A DNA stretch of 64,000 nt from Candidatus Latescibacterota bacterium (lineage in GTDB: Bacteria; Latescibacterota; UBA2968; GCA-2709665), in NCBI GenBank assembly GCA_963667175.2, contig CAXXXF010000002.1, positions 288,001-352,000 on the forward strand, written 5' to 3'. Positions within the stretch are counted from its first letter, which is position 1; every line of letters starts with the position of its first letter. A program made the translations under genes and the position numbers. This document shows, piece after piece, positions 30,592 to 42,561 of this stretch. The notes under the pieces were generated by a model. The model saw only the letters and a program-made list of their open reading frames with translations. It made no database searches and was not told the origin of the DNA.

Positions 30592-32322
30592 CTAACCACC
30601 ACGTCTGGCGCCTGGCGGCTTCCCTCTCTTCTGCATCCTCGCCCAGGTATCGCGCAGCGTAATCGTCCGGTTGAAGACGGGCTTTTCGGGCGTCGAATCG
30701 GGGTCCACGCAGAAGTATCCCAACCGTTCGAACTGATATCGGCGACCGGGTTCAGCCCCCTTGACCGTGGACTCCACAAAACAGTTCCGCCGCACCTCCA
30801 GGGAGTTCGGGTTCACCGTTTCGCCGACGTCCCCGCCTTCGGCCGCGTCCATCGGATTCTCGGCGTTGAACAGGCGATCGTACAGGCGCACCTCCGCCTC
30901 AACCGCGTGCGTGGCGGACACCCAGTGGATGGTGCCCCGGACCTTTCGGCCGTCCGGCGTCGACCCGCCCCGGCTCTCCGGGTCGAACGTACATCGCAGT
31001 TCCACAATCTCTCCGTTTTCGTCCTTTATCACGTCCGTGCAGGTGATATAACACGCCGCCCGCAGCCGCACCTCCCGCCCGGGCGCCAGCCTGCGGAACC
31101 TGCGTGGCGGATCCTCCATGAAGTCGTCCCGCTCGATGAAGACCACCCTGGCAAACGGCACGCTGCGCGTACCGGCGGAAGGATCCTCGGGATTCACCTG
31201 AGCGGGGAACGCTTCCTCCTTGCCCTCCGGGTAGTTCTCGATCACCACCTTCAGCGGATCGATCACCCCCATCACGCGGTGCGCGTGTCGATTCAGGTAC
31301 GACCGGATATGAAACTCCAGGAGGTCGATCTCCGCGGTTGTATCCCGTTTGGACATTCCCACGCGGCGGATGAAATTCCGAATTGCTTCTGGGGGCACGC
31401 CCCTGCGGCGCAATCCCGCCAGCGTGATCAGCCTGGGATCGTCCCATCCGGCAAGCAGCCCGTTTTCGATCAACGGACGCAGGTGTCGTTTTCCCACCAC
31501 CGTATGCGTGACGAACAGCTTTGGGAACTCAATCTGCCGCGAAGGGAAAATCCCGAGTTCGCGGATATACCAGTCATAGAGCGGGCGGTGGTCTTCGAAT
31601 TCCTGCGAACACAGGGAATGCGAAACCCCCTCGATCGAGTCCGACTGCCCGTGGGTAAAATCGTACATCGGATAGATGCGCCACGCATCGTTCCGGCGGT
31701 AGTGAGACGCCCGGAGGATGCGAAACATCACAGGATCGCGCATGTTCAGGTTGGGCGATGCCATATCGATCTTCGCCCTGAGCGTTCGTGCGCCATCGGG
31801 AAATTCACCGGCCCGCATCCGCGCAAACAGGTCCAGGTTCTCTTCGATGGACCGGTCTCGATAGGGGCTTTCTCTTCCCGGTGAGGTCAACGTGCCCCGG
31901 TACGTCCTGGTCTCTTCCGTGCTCAAATCACACACGTAGGCTTTGCCCTTTTCGATCAATTTGACGGCGAGTTCGTAGAGTTGCTCAAAATAGTCAGAGG
32001 CGAAATAGAGCCGGTCCTCCCAGTCAAACCCCAGCCACCGGATATCCCGCTGGATACCGTCGACGTAGCTGGCCTCTTCCCTGGTGGGGTCGGTGTCGTC
32101 AAAGCGGAGATTGCAGACGCCGCCGAACTCCTCGGCAACCCAGAAATTCAGGCAGATCGCCTTGGCGTGGCCGATGTGAAGATGCCCGTTCGGCTCGGGA
32201 GGAAAGCGCGTCATCACGCTCTCGTACCGGCCGGCGGCGAGATCCTCCCGAATCGCGTCGCGGATAAAATCGGAGGGGACTTCGGCTTCAACGTCGGGCC
32301 GGCTCGCGTTGCCTTCGTTCAT
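30592..32322 (-). CDS. glnS: Glutamine--tRNA ligase
   Basis: [50 protein letters not shown]. Confidence 0.96.
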   Translation of the reverse strand: MNEGNASRPDVEAEVPSDFIRDAIREDLAAGRYESVMTRFPPEPNGHLHIGHAKAICLNFWVAEEFGGVCNLRFDDTDPTREEASYVDGIQRDIRWLGFDWEDRLYFASDYFEQLYELAVKLIEKGKAYVCDLSTEETRTYRGTLTSPGRESPYRDRSIEENLDLFARMRAGEFPDGARTLRAKIDMASPNLNMRDPVMFRILRASHYRRNDAWRIYPMYDFTHGQSDSIEGVSHSLCSQEFEDHRPLYDWYIRELGIFPSRQIEFPKLFVTHTVVGKRHLRPLIENGLLAGWDDPRLITLAGLRRRGVPPEAIRNFIRRVGMSKRDTTAEIDLLEFHIRSYLNRHAHRVMGVIDPLKVVIENYPEGKEEAFPAQVNPEDPSAGTRSVPFARVVFIERDDFMEDPPRRFRRLAPGREVRLRAACYITCTDVIKDENGEIVELRCTFDPESRGGSTPDGRKVRGTIHWVSATHAVEAEVRLYDRLFNAENPMDAAEGGDVGETVNPNSLEVRRNCFVESTVKGAEPGRRYQFERLGYFCVDPDSTPEKPVFNRTITLRDTWARMQKRGKPPGARRGG

Positions 32323-32548
32323 GGATGACACCTCATCCCGGTGATTCGGACTGCAACCGGATAAGTCGGAAATACCCGGTGGGATCGTCCGAAGGACGCA
32401 ATTTGGATCCCTGTGCAGGTACAATATATGGGCCGCAGCGTTACGGGGCAAACTTTCAATGGAAAAGCGGCAAAAATCAGCTATCAGAAAGAGCAGCTTT
32501 CAGCCCTCAGCCTTCAGTCAGTTTTTCCTTCTTCCTTCTTCCTCTTTC

Positions 32549-33511
32549 TTACTCCCCGATCCATTCCGGCGCCGTGAACAGGCTGCTGACCGATTCGCCG
32601 TTGTGAATTCTGCGAATGGCTTCCGCGAGCAGGGGCGCCACGGACAACGTCGTCAGGCTCGCGTCAGATTGAATCCCTTCGGGCCGCGGGACCGTATCCG
32701 TTGTCACCACCTCGCGAACCTCCTCAAGTGCGCAGAAGCGCTCCAGCGCGTTGCCCGTAAACAGGCCGTGCGTGCACGCGATCGTGACGTCGCCAACCCC
32801 CCGGTCCCGCAGGCGGTGGATCAACTCTACGATGGTCCCGCCGGTGGCGATCTCATCGTCCAGAACGATGACCCTCTTGTCGTCCACGTCGCCCACGATC
32901 GCGTCGATCACCACCTTCACGTCGGAGATGCGGCGCTTGCTGCCGGCGGCCACGGGCAGCCCCAGTATCCTGGAAAAGTGGGCGGCCTCTTTCGCCCGGC
33001 CGAGGTCGGGGGATACCACCACCGTATTTTCCAGATTCCGTCCCTGAAAGTGCCCGGCCAATATATGCAGCGCGTTGAGGTGGTCCACAGGTACGCTGAA
33101 GAAGCCATGCACCTGGGCCGCGTGGAGCGTCAACGTGAGCACGCGGCTGGCGCCGGCCGTATGGAGCAGGTCCGCGACAAGCCGCGCCGCGATGGAGATC
33201 CTGGGCGCGTCTTTCTTGTCCGAACGCGCATATCCGAAATAGGGGATAACCGCCGTCGTCCGCGCCGCCGATGCGCCCCGGGCCGCGTCGAGCATCTGCA
33301 ACAGCTCCATGAGATGATCGTGGACCGGCATCACCATGGGCTGTATGAGAAACACGTCGGCTTCCCGGCAGTTGGCCTCGAGTTGCACCTGGATGCATCC
33401 GTTGCTGAAACGATTGACCGTGCTGGAGCTGGGTTCGACCCCCAGGTGGCTGCAGATGTTTTCCGTCAGGGCCGGATGCGCGTTGCCGCCGAACATCACG
33501 ATGTCACGCAT
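32549..33511 (-). CDS. prs: Ribose-phosphate pyrophosphokinase
   Basis: PYFGYARSDKK, VVVSPDLG, LDDEIATGGT, ACTHGLF. Confidence 0.95.
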   Translation of the reverse strand: MRDIVMFGGNAHPALTENICSHLGVEPSSSTVNRFSNGCIQVQLEANCREADVFLIQPMVMPVHDHLMELLQMLDAARGASAARTTAVIPYFGYARSDKKDAPRISIAARLVADLLHTAGASRVLTLTLHAAQVHGFFSVPVDHLNALHILAGHFQGRNLENTVVVSPDLGRAKEAAHFSRILGLPVAAGSKRRISDVKVVIDAIVGDVDDKRVIVLDDEIATGGTIVELIHRLRDRGVGDVTIACTHGLFTGNALERFCALEEVREVVTTDTVPRPEGIQSDASLTTLSVAPLLAEAIRRIHNGESVSSLFTAPEWIGE

Positions 33512-34478
33512 GGGTCGGACTCCTTATCCCGGTTGGTGGTTCGGCGAGTGACGCGGCCCGAATCGCATCCAGTTCGCCGGCGGTCAAGACACCCGCCCGG
33601 TACAGGTTCCGGTATTCCCGTGATACACTCTGGCCGAAAATCATCGGATCGTCGGTATTGACGGTCACTTCCACGCCGTTGTCGACCAGCACCCGGATCG
33701 GATGCGCGGCCAGCGACGCCACCGCGCCCAGCATAACGTTGCTGGACGGGCAGACGTTCAGCCGGATCCGGTTCCGCGACAGCCAGCGCATCACCTCCAC
33801 CGATGCCGCCGCCGCGATCCCGTGTTGAACCTCGTTCAAACCGAGCGTTTCCGCGGTTTTCCTCACCCGTTCCGACCCTCCGAATTCGCCCGCGTGCGCC
33901 TTCAGCTTCATCCCGGCCGACTGTGCGAGCCTGTACAGAGGAATCACCGTGTCCAACGTACAGGCGCGCTCGTTCCCGTAAAGGTCGATGGACTGGAAAA
34001 GCCCCGATTCAATCCCTTCCCGGGCACGGTCCTCCAGCCGCTTGTCCCCGATATTCTCGCGTGCGATCCCGAGTTCCGGCCGCAGATCGACGGTTTTCCC
34101 GTGCCGCTTCTTCAGGTCTCCGATGGCTGACGCGAATCCCGTGAAGCCGTCTACGAAGTGGCCCGCCGTACGGATATCGAAGCTCATCTCCAGGCGTCGG
34201 ATGCCGTCTTCTCTCGCGTCGTCCAGCGCAGCCTCCGAGGTGTATTCAAAAGCTGCTCGGGAACTGATATGGGGGGCCAGAACGCGACTGGCGTAGTCCT
34301 CCATCGCCTTCAGCCCGGCCAGGGGAAAAACCGGCCGTTCCAGCGTTCGGGCGAGCCAGCGCTCCACGTTTTCGAGGTACGTCCCGAAGAACGCGTGGCG
34401 GTGGAATTCGGCCTTTGGCGCGCGCCGGATCGACGCCGTGTCACCCGACTCGAGGGCCTGTGCGAAAGGTAGGGTCAT
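33504..34478 (-). CDS. add: Adenosine deaminase-family protein
   Basis: PKAEFHRH, KAHAGE, QHG, CPSSN, VTVNTDDP. Confidence 0.8.
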   Translation of the reverse strand: MTLPFAQALESGDTASIRRAPKAEFHRHAFFGTYLENVERWLARTLERPVFPLAGLKAMEDYASRVLAPHISSRAAFEYTSEAALDDAREDGIRRLEMSFDIRTAGHFVDGFTGFASAIGDLKKRHGKTVDLRPELGIARENIGDKRLEDRAREGIESGLFQSIDLYGNERACTLDTVIPLYRLAQSAGMKLKAHAGEFGGSERVRKTAETLGLNEVQHGIAAAASVEVMRWLSRNRIRLNVCPSSNVMLGAVASLAAHPIRVLVDNGVEVTVNTDDPMIFGQSVSREYRNLYRAGVLTAGELDAIRAASLAEPPTGIRSPTHA

Positions 34479-34562
34479 TCCGCGACCATCAAATATGCGA
34501 GTCTACGCCAACGCGTTGAGGGAACGATACCCGACGCGCCTGCCGGCGCAAAACATAAAATT

Positions 34563-34636
34563 TGGCTGCCCCCCAGGGATTCGAACCCCGATACTACGGT
34601 CCAGAGCCGCATGTCTTGCCATTAGACGAGGGGGCA
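34563..34636 (-). tRNA. tRNA-Gln (anticodon CTG)
   Basis: Acceptor TGCCCCC/GGGGGCA, anticodon arm TGCGG-CTCTGGA-CCGTA, GTTCGAATC T-loop, encoded CCA. Confidence 0.95.
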
Positions 34637-34663
34637 GCCATATCCGTTGAACGTATGGTCAGT

Positions 34664-36103
34664 CTATTGCGGAACGGCCTCCTTTTGTCCCAGTCTTGCC
34701 AGGGCTTTCTTCATCCGTCGGATGCAGGTTTCCTGCCCCAGAACAGCCATCATTTCGAACAGTCCCGGCCCGATGTTCGTGCCGCTGAGCGCGAGACGGG
34801 TGGGGTGGATCAGCTTTCCGGTGGAGATGCCCAGTTGCCCGGACAGCGTGCGCGTGGCGCCTTCGATTTCCCGCTCGCCGAAGTCGTCCAGCGCTTCCAG
34901 CCGCTGGATCAGCATTTCCAGCCGGAAGGGACTGTCGACCTTCCAGTGTTTTTTTTGCGCTTTCGTCTCGTACGTTTCCGGATCGCTGAAAAAGTACTCG
35001 TAGTTCAGGAAATCCCGTACGGTCCGGATGCGTGGCTGCATCAGTTTCACGGACGTAAGCAGGCTCTCCCGCCGGGTCTCCGCGTCTTCCGCGGTTATCC
35101 ATTCCGCATCGATCCACAGGCTTGTCGCCGCCCGCAGGAGTTCGGGAACCGGTTTCATCCGCAGGTGTTCGCCGTTCAGCCAGGCGAGCTTCCGCTCGTC
35201 GAACACGGCGTTCTTGCTGAGCAGGCCTCCAACGGAAAACGCCTCAACCAGTTCCTCCCGGGTGAATACCTCCCGGTCGTCACCCGGCGACCAACCCTGA
35301 AGCGCCAGAAAGTTGAACAACGCTTCGGGCAGGATGCCCTGCTGCCGGTATTCCGTGACGGTCGTCGCGCCGAGGCGCTTGCTCAGTTTCCTCCCGTCCG
35401 GCCCCATGAGCAACGTCGTGTGCGCGTACGCGGGCGCGGCCCATCCCAGCGCCTGAAAGAGCATCGCCTGCTTCGGCGTATTGGACAGGTGTTCGGCGCC
35501 CCGAATCACGAGCGTCACGCCCAGATCATGATCGTCGACAACCACAGCGAGATGGTAGACGGGGGACCCGTCCGCCCTCAGGACGATGAAGTCTTCAACC
35601 TCGCGGTTGTCCCATCGCTGCACGCCCCTGATGGGGTCCCGCCAGACCGTCTCGCCTTCAGGGACCTTGAAGCGCACCGTCTTCGGCCGTCCCTCGGCCT
35701 CGAAGGCAGCACACGCTTCCGGTGTCAGGTCCCGATTGTATCGGACTCGCCTGCCCTCCGACTGCGCCCGCTGCTGCAGGGCGCGGACCTCTTCCGGGGT
35801 CTCGTAGGCGTAATACGCGTGACCGGCTGCCAGGAGCCGATCCACCGCTTTCCCGTGCGCCACGGCGTTGCGCGACTGAAAAATCGGCTGGCCGTGGAAA
35901 GGGATCCCCAGCCAGTCCAATCCTTCCAGGATCGTCTTGAGTGCGGCGTCGGTTGACCGGTCGCGATCCGTGTCTTCAATACGCAGATGCAGCCGGCCGC
36001 CGTACTGCCGGGCGTAGAGATAGTTGAACAGCGCCGTCCGGGCGTTGCCCACGTGAAATCCGCCCGTGGGCGACGGCGCAAATCGCAATACCGATTCAGA
36101 CAT
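34664..36103 (-). CDS. gltX: Glutamate--tRNA ligase
   Basis: RFAPSPTG-HVGNART, LRIEDTD, VVDDHD, KLSKR. Confidence 0.96.
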   Translation of the reverse strand: MSESVLRFAPSPTGGFHVGNARTALFNYLYARQYGGRLHLRIEDTDRDRSTDAALKTILEGLDWLGIPFHGQPIFQSRNAVAHGKAVDRLLAAGHAYYAYETPEEVRALQQRAQSEGRRVRYNRDLTPEACAAFEAEGRPKTVRFKVPEGETVWRDPIRGVQRWDNREVEDFIVLRADGSPVYHLAVVVDDHDLGVTLVIRGAEHLSNTPKQAMLFQALGWAAPAYAHTTLLMGPDGRKLSKRLGATTVTEYRQQGILPEALFNFLALQGWSPGDDREVFTREELVEAFSVGGLLSKNAVFDERKLAWLNGEHLRMKPVPELLRAATSLWIDAEWITAEDAETRRESLLTSVKLMQPRIRTVRDFLNYEYFFSDPETYETKAQKKHWKVDSPFRLEMLIQRLEALDDFGEREIEGATRTLSGQLGISTGKLIHPTRLALSGTNIGPGLFEMMAVLGQETCIRRMKKALARLGQKEAVPQ

Positions 36104-36182
36104 TGAGAATCTTAACGTATCGTATTGGCTGTCGGCCGACTGCTGACAGCTGGCGGGCAGGACCGGCGTGCGCTTGTTTTTT

Positions 36183-36275
<93 letters not shown>

Positions 36276-36299
36276 GGATCACAGATTCAAAGGAACCTA

Positions 36300-36328
36300 A
36301 ACCTACCAAAACGTCCCGCCGAAATCAA
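36300..36328 (-). promoter_or_regulatory. Putative sigma70 promoter for tRNA-Ser(GCT)-gltX
   Basis: TTGATT-N17-TAGGTT on the minus strand, just upstream of the tRNA. Confidence 0.45.
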
Positions 36329-36435
36329 GGAAAACCTGCGATTTTCAGGCCGGAATCACCAGGCCGCCGTCATCTCCGCGCTCCGTATTCGGACACGTTT
36401 CGCTGACGGACGACACACGGGCCAGGCGGGGTTTC

Positions 36436-36524
36436 TGGCGGTGGGGGTGGGATTCGAACCCACGGATCCGCTAAGGATCAACGGTTTTCAAGACCGCCAC
36501 GTTCGACCACTCCGTCACCCCACC
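36436..36524 (-). tRNA. tRNA-Ser (anticodon TGA)
   Basis: GCGGT-CTTGAAA-ACCGT anticodon arm, long variable arm, GCCA end. Confidence 0.95.
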
Positions 36525-36568
36525 GTCACAATGGATGAAGGCCGAAAATCTGCGGGGATCCTCCGACA

Positions 36569-36598
36569 AAATTACAGAAATCGGGCGCTTTCTGTCAA
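36569..36598 (-). promoter_or_regulatory. Putative sigma70 promoter for tRNA-Ser(TGA)
   Basis: TTGACA-N18-TAATTT on the minus strand. Confidence 0.45.
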
Positions 36599-36823
36599 GC
36601 GCTTTGTCTCTCGAAACGGGTCGCGCGCCTTCGTCCGGACGTCGCCGTTTTCGGCGCTTCGGATCGTTCGTCCTCGCCGGCTTCAGCGATGCAAGTTTGG
36701 GGTTGCGCCGCTCTTTTGATTCCTGTATTATTAGGCGAGTTTGAGGCGTTCGGAATTGGCACGGAATCAGCGTCCGTTTTCGTCGATTTCCCCTGCCATA
36801 ATGAGCACCCTCGAGGAGGCCCG

Positions 36824-38431
36824 GTGCCCCAGGTCCATGCCAGGCTCGTAACCGGCGCACAGATGGCTCGCATCGACCGCGGCGCCATCGAGCGCGGAGT
36901 TACCGGCATCGAGTTGATGGCGTCTGCGGGTCGCGGCTGCGCCCGGGTGCTGAACGACCTCGTCGGCGGTTTTCCGGGAAAGAAGATCGTTGTCCTCTGC
37001 GGGAAAGGCAACAACGGCGGGGACGGCTTCGTTATCGCGGATCTCGCCGCCTCCGCCGGCGCGTCGGTTTCCGCCTTTCTGCTGGCGGCTGAAGACCAGG
37101 TTGCGGGCGATGCCCGCCACCACCTGGTCAGGGCGCGGAAAAACGGCCTCGAAATCGACGAAATCCTGGAATCCAACGACCTCGCGCGTGTCCGGTCTGC
37201 GCTATCCGGCGCTTCCGCGGCCGTGGACGCCCTGCTCGGAACGGGAATTCGCGGCGGCCCCCGCGGGGTCGTTGCGGGCGCGATCGAAACGCTGCGGGAT
37301 GCAGCCCGTCCGGTTCTGGCCGTCGACGTCCCGTCCGGCCTGGACGCCGACACCGGCCGTGCCGACGGGCCCTGCGCGGCGGCAACCCGCACGGTGACTT
37401 TCGGGTTGCCCAGAATCGGCCAGTTCCGCTATCCGGGCCGGTCCCTCTGCGGAACCCTGTACTGCGCGGACGTCGGCCTGCCGCAGGCGGCCGTCAACGC
37501 CGACGGCGGCAACGTCCGGCTTATCGCCGCGTACGGGGGCGCGCCAATGCTGCCCCGGAGACGGCCCGACGCCCACAAAGGCGACTGCGGCCGAGTCGTC
37601 ATTCTGGCCGGCTCTCTGGGTCTCACAGGCGCCGCGGCGCTTTCGGCGCAGGGGGCGCTCAGGAGCGGCGCCGGTCTGGTTCGGGTGGGCATTCCCGAGA
37701 GCCTGAACGATATTCTCGAGATCAAGCTCACGGAAGCGATGACCCATCCGCTTCCCGAGGTCCGAAAACGCCGCTGCCTCGCCCTTCGCGCCCGCGGGGA
37801 CATCCGGAGACTGGTTGCCGAGGCCGACTGCGTCGCGCTCGGACCGGGTCTGGGCGCCCATCGCGAAACCGTGCAATTGGTGCGTCGGATCATCGAGGAT
37901 ATCCATGCGCCGCTCGTTCTGGACGCCGACGGTATCAACGCGCTCGCCGGGGCGCCGGAGATTCTCGAAAATCGGGCTGCGTCAACCGTCGTCACGCCAC
38001 ACCCGGGAGAATTCTCCCGACTCACCGGTCTTGGCAACGAAGCCATTCGTTCCGATCCCATCGGTTCGGCGCAGACGCTGGCTCGATCGGCCAGCGTCAC
38101 GGTAATCCTTAAAGGCGCCCCAACCGTCGTGGCTGCGCCGAACGGCCGCGCGTACGTCAATCCCAGCGGCAACGCCGGCATGGCCTCCGGCGGCTCCGGA
38201 GACGTGCTCACCGGAGTACTCGCGGCTCTGATCGCGCAGGGCGCGGATCCCGAAACCGCGGGCTGCCTGGGCGTCTACCTCCACGGTTTGGCCGGAGACC
38301 TGTGCGCGGAACGCGCTGTCGAGGCCGGGCTGATCGCGGGCGACGTCGCTTCGGCGCTCCCTGGCGCGCGCCGCGTGATCGAAACAGGCGAAGACCGGAA
38401 CCGGTACATACGATTTCACACGCCAAACTGA
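36824..38431 (+). CDS. nnr: Bifunctional NAD(P)H-hydrate epimerase/dehydratase
   Basis: GKGNNGGDG, VDALLGTG, AVDVPSG, HKGDCG, LDADG, TPHPGE, GGSGDVLTG; GTG start after GAGGAGG. Confidence 0.93.
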   Translation: MPQVHARLVTGAQMARIDRGAIERGVTGIELMASAGRGCARVLNDLVGGFPGKKIVVLCGKGNNGGDGFVIADLAASAGASVSAFLLAAEDQVAGDARHHLVRARKNGLEIDEILESNDLARVRSALSGASAAVDALLGTGIRGGPRGVVAGAIETLRDAARPVLAVDVPSGLDADTGRADGPCAAATRTVTFGLPRIGQFRYPGRSLCGTLYCADVGLPQAAVNADGGNVRLIAAYGGAPMLPRRRPDAHKGDCGRVVILAGSLGLTGAAALSAQGALRSGAGLVRVGIPESLNDILEIKLTEAMTHPLPEVRKRRCLALRARGDIRRLVAEADCVALGPGLGAHRETVQLVRRIIEDIHAPLVLDADGINALAGAPEILENRAASTVVTPHPGEFSRLTGLGNEAIRSDPIGSAQTLARSASVTVILKGAPTVVAAPNGRAYVNPSGNAGMASGGSGDVLTGVLAALIAQGADPETAGCLGVYLHGLAGDLCAERAVEAGLIAGDVASALPGARRVIETGEDRNRYIRFHTPN

Positions 38432-38442
38432 GAATCAGACGA

Positions 38443-38970
38443 ATGCCGGACATTCGCGACAGCATCGACGAAATGATCGAAGAATCCTATCTCGCCGGAC
38501 TCACGGAAGGCGAAATCAGGGCGGACATGGAGCGCTTCGTGAGCATCTGCGGCAGGGTGATCCGAGAGAACGTCCACGACAGGAAACAGACCCGCAGACT
38601 CACGGAACAACTGGCCAGAGCGAGGGCGCTCAGCCTGGTCGAAGACGCTTCGGGATCAAGGGAAGACACGGACCTTCTCATCCGCGACGCGGAAACCCGC
38701 ACGTCGCACCGGGGGCGTTACGCCGAACGGGCGGCCCGCAACAAGCGACTGATCCTGCGGGTCATCAGGGAGTGCGATCCGAAACTGGAGCAGCTCATCG
38801 AACAGGAGCGATTTTCAGGGTCGCTTCCGAAACCCTCCGCCCCGTCGCTGCCCATCGGCGAAAACCCACCACGGAACAGGGCAAAGGATCTCTTCCTGAA
38901 AACCTGCTTTGCCGTTACGCTCCTCCTGATCCTTCTGTTGGTCTACCTGGTTCTGTTGCAAAATGTCTAG
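38443..38970 (+). CDS. Hypothetical protein with C-terminal membrane anchor
   Basis: Helical ORF ending in a hydrophobic segment; directly follows nnr. Confidence 0.6.
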   Translation: MPDIRDSIDEMIEESYLAGLTEGEIRADMERFVSICGRVIRENVHDRKQTRRLTEQLARARALSLVEDASGSREDTDLLIRDAETRTSHRGRYAERAARNKRLILRVIRECDPKLEQLIEQERFSGSLPKPSAPSLPIGENPPRNRAKDLFLKTCFAVTLLLILLLVYLVLLQNV

Positions 38971-38974
38971 ACCT

Positions 38975-39160
38975 TGCGTCCTGTCCCGGAGAACCCTCAC
39001 CAGTCGGCCGCCGGCTCATCCCGTCTTGCTACGTTGCTCTCGCTCGCCGACCTTGCCCAGGTCGCCTGCGCTCCGGCGCCGGGTCCTGAGCCTGTCGAAG
39101 GATGCGAACCGGGCGACTCGACGGCCGGATTCAGGCAGCTTGTCTCCGGGACAGTACGCA
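38975..39160. mobile_element. MITE-like element, family C (single copy)
   Basis: 18-bp inverted ends TGCGTCCTGTCCCGGAGA / TCTCCGGGACAGTACGCA (one mismatch); internal TCCTGAGCCTGTCGAAGGA REP-like motif. Confidence 0.55.
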
Positions 39161-39247
39161 GGACCACAATTCGGCTGCGAGCTGCCTGCGATCGTCCTCC
39201 CTTTTCGAGGACAGCCGCAGGTGTTTTTTTAGAGACAGGATACGGGT

Positions 39248-40696
39248 ATGCCCAGGCGTAACGACGTTCGGAAAATCATGCTCATCGGTTCCGGACCGAT
39301 CGTCATCGGCCAGGCGTGTGAGTTCGACTATTCCGGCGCCCAGGCGTGCAAAGCCCTCAAGGAAGAGGGCTATACGGTTGTTCTGTTGAACAGCAATCCG
39401 GCCACGATCATGACCGATCCGGAAATGGCGGACCGGACCTACGTGGAACCGGTCGCGCCGGAAGTGTGCGCCGCCATCATCGAACGCGAGCGCCCTGATG
39501 CGCTCCTTCCAACGCTTGGCGGGCAAACCGGCCTGAACGTGGCCATGGATCTTTACAACGGCGGAGTTCTGAAAGAATTCGACGTGGAGATGATCGGCGC
39601 GAATGCCGAAGCCATCGAAAAGGCTGAAAACCGGGAGCGATTCCAGGTCGCGATGGCAAGGATCGGCGTCGAGTTTCCCAAGGGGAGGTTTGCGCACAGC
39701 GCGGAAGAGGCCCGGGACGTGATTGCCGAAATAGGCTATCCCGCCATCATCCGTCCTTCCTACACGCTCGGGGGCACCGGCGGCGGCACGGCCTACAATG
39801 CGGAAGAGTACGAACACCTCGCGGTTCGCGGACTGGAACTCTCGCCCACCACCGAGATCCTGGTGGAAGAATCCATCATCGGGTGGAAAGAGTTCGAACT
39901 GGAAGTCATGCGCGATTTGAAAGACAACGTGGTGATTATCTGTTCGATCGAGAATTTCGACCCGATGGGAGTTCATACCGGCGATTCCATAACGGTGGCG
40001 CCCGCGCAGACCCTGACCGACAAGGAATACCAGGCGATGCGCGACGCGTCTATCGCCGTGATTCGGGAAATCGGAGTGGAAACGGGTGGGTCCAACATTC
40101 AGTTCGCGCTGAATCCGCGGGACGGACGTATCGTCATCATCGAAATGAACCCCAGGGTCTCCCGGAGTTCCGCATTGGCTTCGAAAGCCACCGGATTCCC
40201 CATCGCGAAGATCGCGGCCAAACTCGCCGTGGGATACACACTGGACGAAATCCGCAACGACATCACCCGGGAAACTCCCGCCTCGTTCGAGCCGACCATC
40301 GACTACTGCGTGGTCAAGATCCCGCGGTGGACCTTCGAAAAATTCCCGCAGACCGAAGACCTCCTGGGCACTCAGATGAAGTCCGTGGGTGAAACGATGG
40401 CCATCGGACGGACGTTCAAAGAGGCCTTTCAAAAGGGACTGCGTTCCCTGGAGATCGGCCGTGGGGGCTTCGGGGCCGACGGCAAGGATCTGGCCATGCC
40501 GCCCCTGGACCGCGCCGTGGTCGAGCACCGGCTGCGGGTGCCCAATTCCCAGAGAATCTTCTATCTCAAGGCCGCGCTGGAAGCGGGCTGGCGCCTGGCC
40601 GAGCTCTACGAACTGACTGGAATCGACCCGTGGTTCCTCGAGAACCTGCGTCAGATCACCGAATACGAAAAGGAGCTCGCGGGCCTCGTCGCGTGA
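39248..40696 (+). CDS. carB: Carbamoyl-phosphate synthase large subunit, N-terminal part
   Basis: [44 protein letters not shown]; stops after IDPWFL...ELAGLVA. Confidence 0.93.
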   Translation: MPRRNDVRKIMLIGSGPIVIGQACEFDYSGAQACKALKEEGYTVVLLNSNPATIMTDPEMADRTYVEPVAPEVCAAIIERERPDALLPTLGGQTGLNVAMDLYNGGVLKEFDVEMIGANAEAIEKAENRERFQVAMARIGVEFPKGRFAHSAEEARDVIAEIGYPAIIRPSYTLGGTGGGTAYNAEEYEHLAVRGLELSPTTEILVEESIIGWKEFELEVMRDLKDNVVIICSIENFDPMGVHTGDSITVAPAQTLTDKEYQAMRDASIAVIREIGVETGGSNIQFALNPRDGRIVIIEMNPRVSRSSALASKATGFPIAKIAAKLAVGYTLDEIRNDITRETPASFEPTIDYCVVKIPRWTFEKFPQTEDLLGTQMKSVGETMAIGRTFKEAFQKGLRSLEIGRGGFGADGKDLAMPPLDRAVVEHRLRVPNSQRIFYLKAALEAGWRLAELYELTGIDPWFLENLRQITEYEKELAGLVA

Positions 40697-40728
40697 TTTC
40701 ACGCGTCTGAACGAGTCCGGCGGCCGCC

Positions 40729-42557
<1,829 letters not shown>

Positions 42558-42561
<4 letters not shown>

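Noticed and set aside
36441-36524. tRNA with TGA anticodon and long arm as a selenocysteine or suppressor tRNA
   Set aside because: Anticodon TGA reads UCA (Ser); tRNA-Sec has TCA and a longer acceptor stem.
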